Source: Octopus vulgaris (taxonomy: Eukaryota). Taken from it: 64,000 bases of DNA. Position numbers and translations under genes: made by a program. The notes beneath the pieces were generated by a model. It made no database searches, was not told where the DNA came from, and saw only the letters and a program-made list of their open reading frames with translations. Location: contig OX597822.1 in NCBI GenBank assembly GCA_951406725.2, forward strand, positions 82,522,001 to 82,586,000, written 5' to 3'. Below, one piece after another: positions 40,083 to 53,572 of the stretch (the first letter of the stretch is position 1; each line of letters opens with the position of its first letter).

Positions 40083-40631
40083 CGAGGGTGAGTCAAAAAG
40101 TAATGCCATTTTGTTTAGGACAAGTATAATTACCAACACAGGAACATGTGTCATACATCAAAATGAAGCTGGTCCTCTGTGGATCACATCCCTACTTCTC
40201 AACATAGCCACTGTTTCTCTCAATAGCAATGTTCCTCCTTCGAATAAGAGCATGTATCCCTGCCCTGTAAAATTCTGTTGACTGTTCTTTGAGCCACTTC
40301 TTCACTACAGTTTTCACTTCCTTGTCACTGGAATATTGTTCGCCTCTCAAACCCTTTTTCATGGGGCTGAAGAGATGATAGTCCAGTGATGAAGAAGTGA
40401 AAACTGTAGTGAAGAAGTGGCTCAAAGAACAGTTAACAGAATTTTATTGGGCAGGGATACATGCTCTCATTCGAAGGTGGAACATTGCTATTGAGAGAAA
40501 CGGTGATTATGTTGAGAAGTAGGGATGTGATCCACAGAGGACCAGCTTCATTTTGATATATGATACATGTTCCTGTGTTGGTAATTATAACTGTCCTAAA
40601 CAAAATGGCATTACTTTTTGACTCACCCTCA
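40083..40631. mobile_element. Palindromic mariner-derived element made of two inverted 3' ends
   Basis: TA|CGAGGGTGAGTCAAAAAGTAATGCC...GGCATTACTTTTTGACTCACCCTCA|TA; arms 40083-40332 and 40382-40631; minus strand encodes the mariner C-terminus DYHLFSPMKKGLRGEQYSSDKEVKTVVKKWLKEQSTEFYRAGIHALIRRRNIAIERNSGYVEK*. Confidence 0.95.
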
Positions 40632-41084
40632 TATATTATATATATATATATAAAATACATCAAGCACAGGACATCACTAATGCATGAAAAATATGTAAAC
40701 ACATAATGAGAAACAAGTACGAAACAAAATACCACAAGAAGTCTAACCCCTTGTCAGTTGTTGACTGTTAATTACTCCCTATTTCGAGTTTTCAATAACA
40801 ATATAGGAAAACTTCATTAAACAGCAGCATCCGGAAATTTTTTAAATATAAAATTTCTGGAGAGTTAGAGCTTCGAGTGAACAAACAACAACAGGGTGGA
40901 TGAACAGAGGAAACAATCAACAAAGACAAAGATTAAGGGCCATTAGACCAAGACATATTGTAATGGGTAACGCTTGGGAATATATATAAATATATGTATT
41001 TTCTATTCCTGAGCGTTATACTAATACATTTGTTTGTTTGTACACAACCTGCCTTCGTCTTTTGTTTATTTTCATAAACTTTCC

Positions 41085-41135
<51 letters not shown>

Positions 41136-41139
41136 TAGA

Positions 41140-41575
41140 TATGCTTTGCTTGAGAAGACCTGTTGTTGTGGCTGATGTCAGTGCCAAATAAAAAGCACCA
41201 TTTGAGCGTGGCTGATGTCAGTGCTGGTGACATGCAAAAAGCACCCATTACACTCTCGGAGTGGTTGCCAGAACAGATTGGAGCCTGGTGCAGCCTCCGG
41301 GCTTGCCAGTCCTCAGTCAAACCGTCCAACCCATGCCAGCATGGAAAGTGGACGTTAAACGATGATGATGATGATGATATATATGTGTGTGTGTGTTGTG
41401 TGTTTGTTTCCTTACCACCGCTTGACAACCGGTGTTTGCATGTTTGCATCCATGTAACTTAGCAGTTCTGCAAAAGAGACTGATAGAATCAGTACCAGGC
41501 TTAATACAAAAAAGTACTAAAAATTCTTCAAGACAGTGCCACAGTCCAATGACTAAAACAAGTATCAGATAAAAG
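41140..41575 (+). mobile_element. Family C (41140-41378) followed by a SINE A tail (41385-41575)
   Basis: Family motifs. Confidence 0.85.
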
Positions 41576-42139
41576 AGTGTTATATTTAAAATAAATCCTA
41601 TTCCTAAATGTAGTGATGTGTGTGAGGATGGAGAGGTTGAACACAGCCAACTGGGATGCATTCCTCTGCCTGGAATATTTACTCAGCATCTTTTGTCAAA
41701 GCATCTACAAAAAAAAAAGCTCTTTTCTTGAGAATTTGCTTCCTTCCTTTCTGTTGTCCACCAAATTCCATCAAGAATATCTTTACATGCATCACACCCA
41801 TCTTCTTCACACACACTCACACACACACACACATACATACACACATGGATTCATACAAACATACATACACATTCATACATACATACACATATATTCATAC
41901 ACACATGTGCATAAATATATACACATACATACAAATACATACATACATATATATACATACACACATATATACATATATACACATACATACATACATATAT
42001 TCATACACACATACATATACATACATACATACATACACATACATATGTACATACACATACGTACATACACATACACACACACACACATACATACACACAC
42101 ACACACATACACATACATACATACATGTGTGCACAAGTA

Positions 42140-42540
42140 TCTTTTATCTTTTGCATGTTATCTGGGCACCACCTTGAAAAAATTTAGTGGAATAAATCGA
42201 TCTGTTTTTATGTTTTTGTAAAACCTGGTACCTATTCTATTGGGTTGTTGTTTTTTTGCCGAACTGCTAAGTTACGAGGACGTAAACACACCGTCACCGG
42301 TTGTCAAATGGTGGGGGAGGGGGGACACAGACACAAAGACACACATACTCATACACTCATGTGTGTGAATGTGTGTAATGGTCTGCTTTCAGTTTCCATC
42401 TACCAAATCCACTCACAAGGGTTTGGTTGGCCCGAGACTATAGTAAAAGGCATGTGTCCAAGGTGTCACGCAGTGGGACTGAAACCGGAACCATGTGGTT
42501 GGGAAGCAAACTTCCGATCATGCAGCTACACCTGCGCCTT
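42140..42540 (-). mobile_element. SINE family A
   Basis: Full reverse-complement copy ending CACCTGCGCC. Confidence 0.85.
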
Positions 42541-43286
42541 CTACGTATCCTTTTCAATGTTTGCTAGATCTTATTAATAAAAAAAATAAAGCCGAAAGCT
42601 ATGCCCTGAGAGAATAAATTTAGATATAGTGGAAGATATACAAGTGAGAAAAGCAGTCAAATTGATAGAAGAGGAGGCATAAAGAGAGAAATAACGATAA
42701 TGAAAGTAGAAGATAAATAATAATGATAAACAGACGTGGTATGGTGTGAGATGGTGAAGGAATCTAAATAGGTTTAGCTGAGACAAACCGAAGGCGAAGC
42801 ATGAAAAGAAAACAATGATAGAAAGATTAAGAATGTAGGAAAAAAAGTAGGCGAACGAGGTAGGTGGCGTGTGGACGAGTGAGACATGAAAAGTCGGAGG
42901 TCAATGACATCTGAACAGTGAAACTGGGGAGAAAGAGGAATGGGTGTGTTTAAGCGACAGAGGGGGAGGCAGTGGTGTATCAGTATTAAGAGGACAGCTG
43001 GAGAAAAGAGATGGTTGTTTGCGACACCAAGTGAATGAAGAAATTGAGTGAGCACTGAAGAATGTGACTCGTTTGTGAGTCTAATTCTTCTGTTTGCTTA
43101 TAATGTTAAAAACGAATGAGTATGAGCCAATTTAAGCGTTTATGTGCGCTCCCTTAGTATACTAGAAATGGCAACCAAACATACCGCAAATCACACACTT
43201 AAATATGAACACGTTTTGTAAAATATGGTCTTCGATACAGAATTTCATAGACCAGACTGAAACAACCTCCAAATTATAGGTATTAT

Positions 43287-43427
43287 CCGTAGCATAGCTA
43301 GTGGGGTGAGCGAGGGGACAGTCCACTCCGGACGATGACTTTATGGAGCCGGCATTTTGGGGGTTTGCTACAGGGTTGACAAACTTAAAGAATGCCCTGG
43401 GCAGCACACAATCAGGCTATGCCACGG
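43287..43427. mobile_element. 141-bp MITE with a 10-bp flanking duplication
   Basis: TIRs CCGTAGCATAGC and GCTATGCCACGG; TAGGTATTAT at 43277-43286 and 43428-43437. Confidence 0.85.
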
Positions 43428-44025
43428 TAGGTATTATTGGTATAAGGCTTTTTTGGATGACAAACTTTTATATAGCCTAATTTTTGTTATGTGATGGAAA
43501 TCTGATTTTCCTTAGTATTTAGAGCTTATGTATCTATTTTTTATAATAGGAAATTAAAATCTATATGAAATGGGATGGGAAGAAAACTATAAACTTCTAA
43601 TTTTAAAACATATTCTGGATCCTGAGATTAAGTGTTTTTAATCTCGGAATCCCAAGACAAGAAAAATGTCTTTAACTTGACAGAGCTATTACGATGTAGG
43701 TATATCACGCAGTCGCTAGACCATTGGTAAAGACCCACAACGCTAGATTTAGACTGAGCTATGCACATCAATATGTTTGTTAGTTTGTATTCGAGTTGTA
43801 CATGGCAGAGTTAGAACTTCTTATAGATTTCAACATTTTGAGTATTTTTTTTCTTAGAATCCAAGTTTTTCATCTCTAACTGGGACATTTTGGGATGTTT
43901 CAATATCAAACGGTATATTTGCTAACCGGTCTGGACACACGGGACAGGGCCTTCAAACCTGGACGTATGATAGACCTATACATACATGTATGCACGCACA
44001 CACACAAACACACACATATAGGATA

Positions 44026-44408
44026 CTAGCAGTATCGCCCGGCGTTGCTCAGGTTTGTAAGGGAAATAACTATAAAGCATTTTTAGAGAGTTATAGCCAC
44101 AAAATAGCAAAAAAATGGAAAAAAATGATGGTAAATTTTTTTTGAGTAAAAAAAAGGTGGAGTTGCGTCCCCTAGACAGTTTGCGGTTTGTGTTTCTGAT
44201 TCTCGACCCCATGTCGAATTTATCGATTTTTTTCAGAACTGGGTGAACTTTTCAAAATTTTCGCTGCGTTAGTTTTGAATTATGACATTGGGCTATGTGT
44301 GTGTCAAGTTTCATCAGAATCGGTTGAAAGCCGTGGTCAGGGTGAGGGTACAAGCAAACAGACACACAGAAACACGCACAGACAAACTGCCGTTTATATA
44401 AAGAGAGA
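44026..44408 (-). mobile_element. Non-autonomous Helitron
   Basis: Minus strand A|TC...CCTGAGCAACGCCGGG (hairpin) CGATACTG-CTAG|T: 5' TC, 3' hairpin plus CTAG, inserted between A and T, no TSD. Confidence 0.88.
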
Positions 44409-45084
44409 TTGATTCGAAGACGACATATTCAAGCCATCCCTGGAACTGTAAAAATCTGTAAACTTCCCAGAAGTTTATCATTTTAAGTTTATATGTCTAG
44501 ATATGCTAGTACATGTATCTGCATGAGAAGACCTACATAAAATAAAGCACACAAATCTGCACACACACACACACACACACACATACATACATACATACAT
44601 ACATACATACATACATACATACATACATACATACATACATACATACAAACTAACAAACAAAAATACCCCGTTGATGATGTTGAAATGCCAAGGAAGGAAC
44701 CTTGGATCTAGGTCAGAAACCGGCTCTTTCTCTACTAACAAGAAATCTTGAAATAAAAATGACTGACATACATACATACATGTTTGTTTATGTGTGTGTA
44801 TAGATATACAAGTGTTTATACACAATAATGTGCGTGTTTCTATGCATGTGTCAGTATGTGTGCGTATGCATGGATGTATGAATGTTTGTACGTGTGTGTG
44901 TGTGTGTGTATGTGTGTAACACGCCATCTCTCCCCCAACACAGACATAAAATTTTCTTCCACATAACAAATAAAGCCCACACACACTCGGAAACCTTCAT
45001 ACCACCAAGAACAAGTATACTGATATAAGAAAAAAACTGTATGGGGTAACCAGCTACGTATACTAACACGAGCTACAAGACGTT

Positions 45085-45115
<31 letters not shown>

Positions 45116-45543
45116 CTCGCAGACATAAGACATACGCGCACACACACACATACACATACGCGTAACAAAATGTTAGAGGCACAAGCACAAATCTCATACA
45201 CGCTCATTACAAATTGTACGACACCGTTTAATGACCTTGTTTTTGAATAAAAGAAATAAACAAATTGCAGAAAGAAACTTTGTTATATCGGCCACTTTAT
45301 GTTACAACTGTCTGTAGAAGATGGATTGACGAGAGAATCATCAACGAGAGGAGAATGATTTCAGTTATTTCATCATTGCTAATCTTGGCAGACGATCATC
45401 ATTTCTCCTCCACCTCTATTGTCTGTCTGTCTGTCTATCTGTATGCCTGTCTGTCTGTCTGTCCATCGATCTATCTTTCCGCTTGTCTTTGTCCCCTCTG
45501 TGTTCAGCCTTGTGTGGCCAATAAAGAAAGTTATTTCTATTTG

Positions 45544-45588
<45 letters not shown>

Positions 45589-45836
45589 GTTTCTTTTCCT
45601 TTTTCTTTTTTTTCTTTCTCTTTTGATCGAAAACCTACCCCACTTTTTTTTCCCCAAAAAAAGAAAAGCTCTACTTTGTAATCTGCCCCGTCTGTGTGCA
45701 GCCCTGTGTGGCTAATAAGGAAACATATCTATCTATCTATCTTTCTGTCCGTCTGTATGTCTATCTATCTATCTATCTGTCCGTCTATCTACCTACCTAT
45801 CTATCAATCTACCTACCTATCTATCTATCTATCTAC

Positions 45837-45895
<59 letters not shown>

Positions 45896-46170
45896 AATCT
45901 ATCTATCTATCTATCTAAATCTATCAGTAAGTCTCTCTACATATATATCTATACCCTCCACACACACTTTCGCCTCTACCACCTGTACGTAATATTATAT
46001 ATCTTCTCTACGTTGTCTACTTTTACAACTTTCACTTCCTTCTCCACCTCCACCCACTCTTCCCTTCCATTCACCCTCTCTGCTTCAACAATTTCTTTCT
46101 TTCTTTCTTTCTTCTCTCTCTCTCACTCTCCTATTCTTTCATTTTCAGCATTCTTTAACGTTTGCCATCT

Positions 46171-46571
46171 CGATTTGAACGGCAGTTTTTTAAAATAATT
46201 TCCACGTAACTAAACACTTTTAAACTTCGTATACTGGTAGAATGTGATTATAAGACATCTTTTTTCCTTTGCTTTATTGAGAAAATTCTATAGTTTGTAA
46301 GATATTTGTTGTTTTTTTCTTCAATTTCTGCAATTTCAACCAATCAATGACGTCTATTGAGGTGAAAACATTCTGTGCCGTATGAATATGTCCCTCGTTT
46401 AAGAAACAGATTGGGTTTATTTACAGTTGTGAAGAAAAAAAAGATACCCTTCCCCCTACCCCTAACCCTAAAACAGATTGAAATGCAATAGATCGATACT
46501 AGGGTCATAATTATGGGTGACAATTTCATATGACACCGCTAGAAAAACTGCCGTTCAAACCGAAAGGATCC
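46171..46571. mobile_element. Unclassified MITE
   Basis: Inverted ends CGATTTGAACGGCAGTTTTT (46171-46190) and AAAAACTGCCGTTCAAACCG (46543-46562); internal CCTAACCCTAA. Confidence 0.8.
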
Positions 46572-46580
46572 CTCTCCTCT

Positions 46581-46624
<44 letters not shown>

Positions 46625-47096
46625 CGAAGGAAAGAAAGAGAGACAGACAGAGATCGGGACATGGTGTGTTTCTGCAAACTGGCTGACTTGGTAAAATGTA
46701 AAATTACAAACATCAACCAGAATTAGATGGAGGTTGACTTGTGTTTTTTTTTTGTTGTTTTGATTTGTTTTTTAAAGATTATTTTTAGTTCTGGGTGAAT
46801 GATATTTGCAAAACACTAAGTCACAAAGTATCGAAATTCAGTGAAACTTTATATGAATTCTGGTCATCTGCATGTAACTACAGAATTACATTGTAAAGTG
46901 CATAAGCCAGAACAGTGACATCTGCATTCAGAACTATCGTATCGTTTTCCAAAATGTATCAAAAATGCTTTCCAAAGCAGAAATCCGCAAGACTGCTTGA
47001 TAAACCAATGTTTAGGCTTCTATGAGTTCATGTATGTGTGTGTGCACGCATGTACAGGTGTGTAAGATAATATACCATAATTATCATTACTTAACA

Positions 47097-47403
47097 CAGT
47101 GGTTCCCAAAGTGGGCGGCATTGCCCCCACCCCACCCCACCCGGGGGCGGGGCGGTAGAAAGATCGGGAGGGTATTGTTGAAGGCAGGTGGGATGATAAT
47201 GGGGTGGCCAAAATGGGGTGATAGATATATTAAGAAAATATTAATAGTTTAATTAGGCTTAAGTTTTATTTGTGAAATACAGGTGTTTTGAATTTGCTAC
47301 AGAGATTGGTATATACTTGTATTGGGGAGGGGGGAGGGGGACGCTAGGAATGTGGCCTGGGTGCCAAGTAGGGTGGCAACCCGAAAAAGTTTGGGAACTG
47401 CTG
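47097..47403 (+). mobile_element. hAT MITE, copy 1
   Basis: CAGTGGTTCCCAAAGT...AGTTTGGGAACTGCTG. Confidence 0.85.
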
Positions 47404-47650
47404 AAACATACGTTTTCTATGCTGTCATGGGCTGGGCGGTGTAACAGGGTCCAACGTGTTGCAGAAACTTGTCAGGCTCCAATGTCAGTTTTGGCATGGT
47501 TTGTATGGCTAGATGTCCTTCCTAACACCAATAACGTGTATGTGTGTGTATGTATGTATGTATGTATATAACATACATACATACATACACACACACGTAG
47601 TTGTAATAATGAAGTCAAATCAAACAGTGATAGTTTGAAATCATTAAACA

Positions 47651-47908
47651 CAGTGGTTTCTAAAGTGGGCGGTATTGCTCCCCCTGGGGGCATTGAAGAA
47701 AAGTGGGGAAATAATGGGGTTGCGATTCATGTAAAAACAACAAAATAATGAGTTTATGAGGTTAAGTTTTATTTGTGAAAAAATACAGTTGCTTTGAATT
47801 TGCTTCAAAAAGAGGTCTATGTTTGTGATGATTAGTTGGGATGGAGGCGCTAGGAATGTGGCCCAAGTGTCAAGGGGGCGGCAGCCTGAAAAAGTTTGGG
47901 AACCACTG
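47651..47908 (+). mobile_element. hAT MITE, copy 2 of the same family
   Basis: CAGTGGTTTCTAAAGT...AGTTTGGGAACCACTG; 8-bp TSD ATTAAACA/ATTTAACA. Confidence 0.85.
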
Positions 47909-48011
47909 ATTTAACACGTTCCAGGTTTGTATAATATCTAACAGGAAATGCATCCATTATGTAAACCTTCGTTAGTTAAAGCATCAGTGACTAATCAACC
48001 GAGTCGATTCT

Positions 48012-48320
48012 ACATTATTTTTTATGCTTGACAGATACTTATCCTCATATGGCGTAGTGGTTAAAAGTGTGGGCTACTAACCACAAGGTTCCGAGTTCGA
48101 TTCCAATCAGTGACCTGAATAATAATTATAATAATAATAATAACATTGAAAAATATCTTAGGAATGAGAACCCAGGTTCAAAATTTCCTCAAGACACCTG
48201 AAGAAGGCTGGAGGGTATATCAGCCGAAATGTTGTGTTAACAACAAACAAGATGAAGACAAATATCCATCAAAAAGTAAATAACGTACATAATTCCTTAT
48301 CTCTTAAATATAGAACTGTA
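48012..48320 (+). mobile_element. tRNA-headed short element carrying a hammerhead motif and inverted termini
   Basis: A box TGGCGTAGTGG 48050-48060; B box AGTTCGATTCC 48094-48104; hammerhead 48193-48238; GAGTCGATTCT duplicated at 48001-48011 and 48321-48331. Confidence 0.85.
48193..48238 (+). ncRNA. Minimal type I hammerhead ribozyme motif
   Basis: GACAC-CTGAAGA-A-GGCTG gagggtatat CAGCC-GAAA-T-GTT-GTGTT: stem I GACAC/GUGUU, stem II GGCUG/CAGCC; GAAAT is probably CpG decay of GAAAC. Confidence 0.75.
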
Positions 48321-48804
48321 GAGTCGATTCTGTTTCAGTTCCAACTGGACTTTTTGACAACTGATCACCAAACAAAGAATATAGCACAGCCTACAAGTAG
48401 AAATATCTTAGTATTTTATTCTTCGTGTGTAGGTCTTGTTCTCACACACAGACACACAGGAATATAAGAAGAGAGACTTACTTTGTAAACAACCTTATGG
48501 ATAAATTGAAAGCAACTCAGTATTTGGGGTACAGTTAATATATTGTGTACAGAAGTTTGTGTTATTCTGCATCTCATTACTCAGAGTTTCATGACCACAG
48601 GCAATCATCAGACAAGGGAAGTTGAGGGTTAGAGCTGTGATGGTACAGTCATCTGATAAAGCAGAACAACAATGTTCTCTGTGTGTGCATGTATGTATGT
48701 GTGTGTGTGTGTGTGCTTTCCTTTATTATCTCCCTCATTAGCTTTTCTGTATGTTTTTATCACTGCTGTATCTATATATCTATCTTTTTTTTTTATATAT
48801 CCTA

Positions 48805-49450
<646 letters not shown>

Positions 49451-49546
49451 TATCAATCTGTGTCAATCCTTTGATTCTCTTTACTTTTCTTTCCCATTAC
49501 TCCTCCCTCTCCCTCTATATTTCTATGTAGTCGACCACTCATATCC

Positions 49547-49593
<47 letters not shown>

Positions 49594-49824
49594 CCCTTTC
49601 TCTCTCAGCTGATTCTAAAGCAGAACAGAGTCAGACTTGTTGCAAGTTCTCCACTTTCACTCCCACACACACTCTCCAACTGCCTCCTTTCATCTCTCTC
49701 TCATTCAATAATAGTTGCAAGTCACCTCTCTCTTTCCTTTTCCTTTCTGCATTTTTGTCTCAACTTCACTTTTCCTTTTTCTATGCAACTTGACTTCCAA
49801 AATATTGCAAGTCATTACTTTACC

Positions 49825-50063
49825 CTCTCCATCCATCCATCCATCTGCCTGTCTGTCTGTCTGTCTATCTATCTATCTGTCATTCTATCAATTAATCTAT
49901 CTATCTTTCACTCTATCTATCTGTCTATCTGTTTAACTATCTATCTATCTTTCACTCATTTTATCTATCTATCTAGCTAGCTATCTTTCACTCTGTCTAT
50001 CTATCTATCTCTCTGTCTATCTTTCACTCTGTCTGTCTATCTATCTATCTGTCTATCTTTCAC

Positions 50064-50141
<78 letters not shown>

Positions 50142-50167
50142 CGTCTATCTATCCATCTATCTGTCTG

Positions 50168-50265
<98 letters not shown>

Positions 50266-50275
50266 ACTCTATCTA
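49825..50275. repeat. (CTAT)n/(CTGT)n microsatellite with recurrent CTTTCACTCT
   Basis: Seen directly; a similar (CTAT)n tract lies at 45725-45925. Confidence 0.95.
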
Positions 50276-50676
50276 GTTACATACATACATACATAATATG
50301 CATGTATATCAAAGTTTTAAAATAAATTGTGAAAAATAACTCAGAGAAAGTATATCAACTGCTAAGTTAGTTATATTACAGACAATGTCTGCTCCATAAC
50401 ATCCATCTTCAGTTACACACACACAACACACACATATATGCACACACTCACACAAAGCATTCACACACACACACAGACGTTTGCAACAGCCAGTTCTTCG
50501 GAATAACGCACCTCTGCATTTAATCATCAAACTTTCTGGTGGTTGTTGTTGTTGTTGTTGTTCTTCTTCTTCTTCTTGCTGCTGCAGCAGCAACAGTTGA
50601 TATTGTTTTAACGTATCGCTCAGGGTGGGCAAAGAGGTGGAGGAGAGATGAAAAATTAAATTTCATCTGGAAAAAG

Positions 50677-50709
50677 TGTGTGTGTGTATATATATATTTA
50701 TACACATTT

Positions 50710-50752
<43 letters not shown>

Positions 50753-51005
50753 CAGACATACATATATATATATATATATATATACTTATACACATACATA
50801 AATATATATATTTACATACACACATATATATATATATACACAGACATACATATATATGTATATATATATACATACATATACCCATACATAAATATATATA
50901 TATACATACACACACATATATATATATATACACAGACATACATATATATGTATATATATACATACATATACCCATATACATAAATATATATATATACACA
51001 CATAC

Positions 51006-51042
<37 letters not shown>

Positions 51043-51185
51043 CATACATATACACATATGCATAAATATATATATACATGCATATATATACACTTATATA
51101 TATATACATACATATACAAATAAATACACACACACACATATACATACATACATATATATATATTTACATGTATATATATATTTAC

Positions 51186-51255
<70 letters not shown>
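50677..51255. repeat. (TA)/(CA) tract with a higher-order unit of about 90 bp, ending in (GA)n
   Basis: CAGACATACATATATA recurs at about 50753, 50841, 50933 and 51039. Confidence 0.9.
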
Positions 51256-51259
<4 letters not shown>

Positions 51260-51907
51260 GGAGACTAGGCACATAAGACCAAGAGGAATGCAAAAAATAA
51301 GCTGAAAATTATTTGGGTGGAAAAAAACTGAGGCCTGGATAATTATGAAGAACCTCATCATGATGATGACGATGATTGGATGATGAAGGCGGTGGTGGAA
51401 TGAACTTTTTCTTTTTTTTTTTTTTTTTCCAAATTAAACAGAAAAGAAAAATTGTCTGCCAAAAATAATGATGATGCTGTTGATAATATAGAAAGGAAAG
51501 TTTTATTTAAATTAAACAGAAAATAAAATTATCCGTGAAAAAATACTGCTTCTGCTAATGATTATGATGATGATGTTGGTGATGATATGGAATGAAAAGG
51601 CTTGGATTAAATTAAACAAAAATGAAAATTAACCGCTCAAAGCAATGGTGATGATGGTGATGATGATGGCAATCATATCAAGGTCAAGAGGAAAAGAAAA
51701 GAAGATATTTATTTGGAAAATAGATCAACGGAAGTGTAAGGTAATACATGCAAATATTTGATTAGCAGGTAGGTGGGGTGATTTGGATAAATAAATAAAC
51801 TAGTGTTAGTATTATGGTTTTTGTGTGTGTGTGTGTGCTGTAACTCATCCTTCAATATTGTACTCCATGTCTTCGTCCCTTGTGGCCAATAAAAGATATT
51901 ATTATTA

Positions 51908-52120
51908 AGGTGGCAAGCTGGCAGAATTGTTAGCACGCAGGGCAAAATGCTTAATAGTATTTTGTCTGTCTGCACATTCTGGGTTCAAATTCTGCAGAGG
52001 TCAACTTTGCCTTTCATCCTTCCATGGGTCAATAAATTAAGTACCAGTTAAACACTGGGGGGGGGGTAATGTAATTGACTAGTACCCACTCCCAAAATTC
52101 CTGTGCCAAAATTTGAAACC
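51908..52120 (+). mobile_element. SINE family B
   Basis: Head, core and GTGCCAAAATTTGAAACC tail. Confidence 0.85.
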
Positions 52121-52121
52121 A

Positions 52122-52450
52122 TTATTATTACCTTAGCAAAGGCAAAGGTATTGTTTTCAGTTGTGTTTGTTTGCTTGTTTGTCCATGGACAAGATATCTC
52201 AAGAACTGCTGGATGGATTCGGATGAAACTTTCAAGGATGTTTGGCCTCATGACTAGCTCAAACAGATTAGATTTTGGGATTGTACCAGACAAAGATTCT
52301 GGATTATTTTTCCTGTTTCTATTTTTTACTTAATTTTTGAGAGTGGTTGAGTTCATTTTTAGTATTCTTGTTTGTGAGAGCACTCAAGTTTATTTCAAAT
52401 ATTCTCATTTTAAAAATCATCTCTGGCTAATCGTTGAGAGGACATTTGAG
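52122..52450 (+). mobile_element. Probable Helentron/DINE-1-like non-autonomous element
   Basis: TTATTACCTTAGCAAAGGCAAAGGT sub-terminal hairpin, (GTTT)n, then ATATCTCAAGAACTGCTGGATGGATTCGGATGAAACTT, an architecture typical of HINEs; right end uncertain. Confidence 0.55.
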
Positions 52451-52651
52451 ACAAATTTGTACTGCATCATTTGCTGCACCTCCATGTTTCTGGTTGTGTG
52501 CTTAAAAGATGTTGACTACTGTCCAAAGTGTAATGATGGAATTAAGGTTACCGGGAGGATGAAGGGTACAATCTTCTATCTTGTAGTTTATTTCCATCTT
52601 GAACTTCTACTTGAGGGACAATTTTTAATTTACTTCAATATACATCATCAC

Positions 52652-52683
<32 letters not shown>

Positions 52684-53521
52684 ACCTCTGGACAATAGTG
52701 TCTCAAATTCTAGGTGTCATAGGACCAGTTACTTGGTTAACATGGTTTATATGTGCCTGAGATCACAACATTTTACCTGAATGGGACGCCAGTCTGTCTC
52801 AGGTTCACTCTTTTACAGCTGAATGAACAGGAAGAATGTGAAATGAAGTGTTTTGTCCAAGAATTCATTACACTGCCAAGTCCAAGAATTGAAATCACAA
52901 TCTCACAATCATTTGCAACACCCAAACCACAAGACAGTAAACTAATAATGACTATATGCACACACATACACACACACATTGAATACATACTGCATAAATT
53001 CTAGATTTATAAAAAATTCTCTAGTTATTCCCATCACTTCTAAAGGATGTGTCAGTTGCCAAATGGCACTTGGAACCAGCACAATATGAGAAAGGGAGAT
53101 AATCTCAAGAATTCTCCAAAGTTTAAACGCCATGAAGGAAAGGATAAAGCTTATAGTTTGGAGATAGCATGACAGTGGGGGGGGGGACACATGTTTCTGT
53201 CTTAGTGGGCATCATCAGCACAACAGTTGTACTACCTCATCTTCTGTAGCAACTTCAACGTAAACAGGGAAAGAGCGAAATACATTTATGATCTAGGTAG
53301 TTTGCATAAATTAGACTAAAAGATCTTAGAGAAATACTCCCTTTGTCATATGCAGCTGGTCTCAGTTGTCTCTTAGTAATTGTGACTAATCGTCTAAAGG
53401 TGGAGATAATTTTAATGAACCAAGTATTTGTTGTATGGGATTTGATAGACCTGTATCTGTCTGTACTGTTTATGTACATGCCACCAGCCACCCTGATATA
53501 TGTGTGCGTGTACATACGTAC

Positions 53522-53572
<51 letters not shown>

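Noticed and set aside
40640-40960. Possible further Penelope-like fragment with hammerhead (minus-strand GAAA...CTGACAAGG)
   Set aside because: Core is degenerate and I could not build the stems. Likewise CTGATGA at 3917, 17768, 22752 and 55221 lacks a stem II/GAAA partner.
46455-46472. CCTAACCCTAA as interstitial telomere
   Set aside because: Only about two units, and internal to a MITE.
48045-48115. Functional tRNA gene
   Set aside because: No acceptor stem or oligo-T terminator; it is the head of a repeat. The same applies to the family A and E heads.
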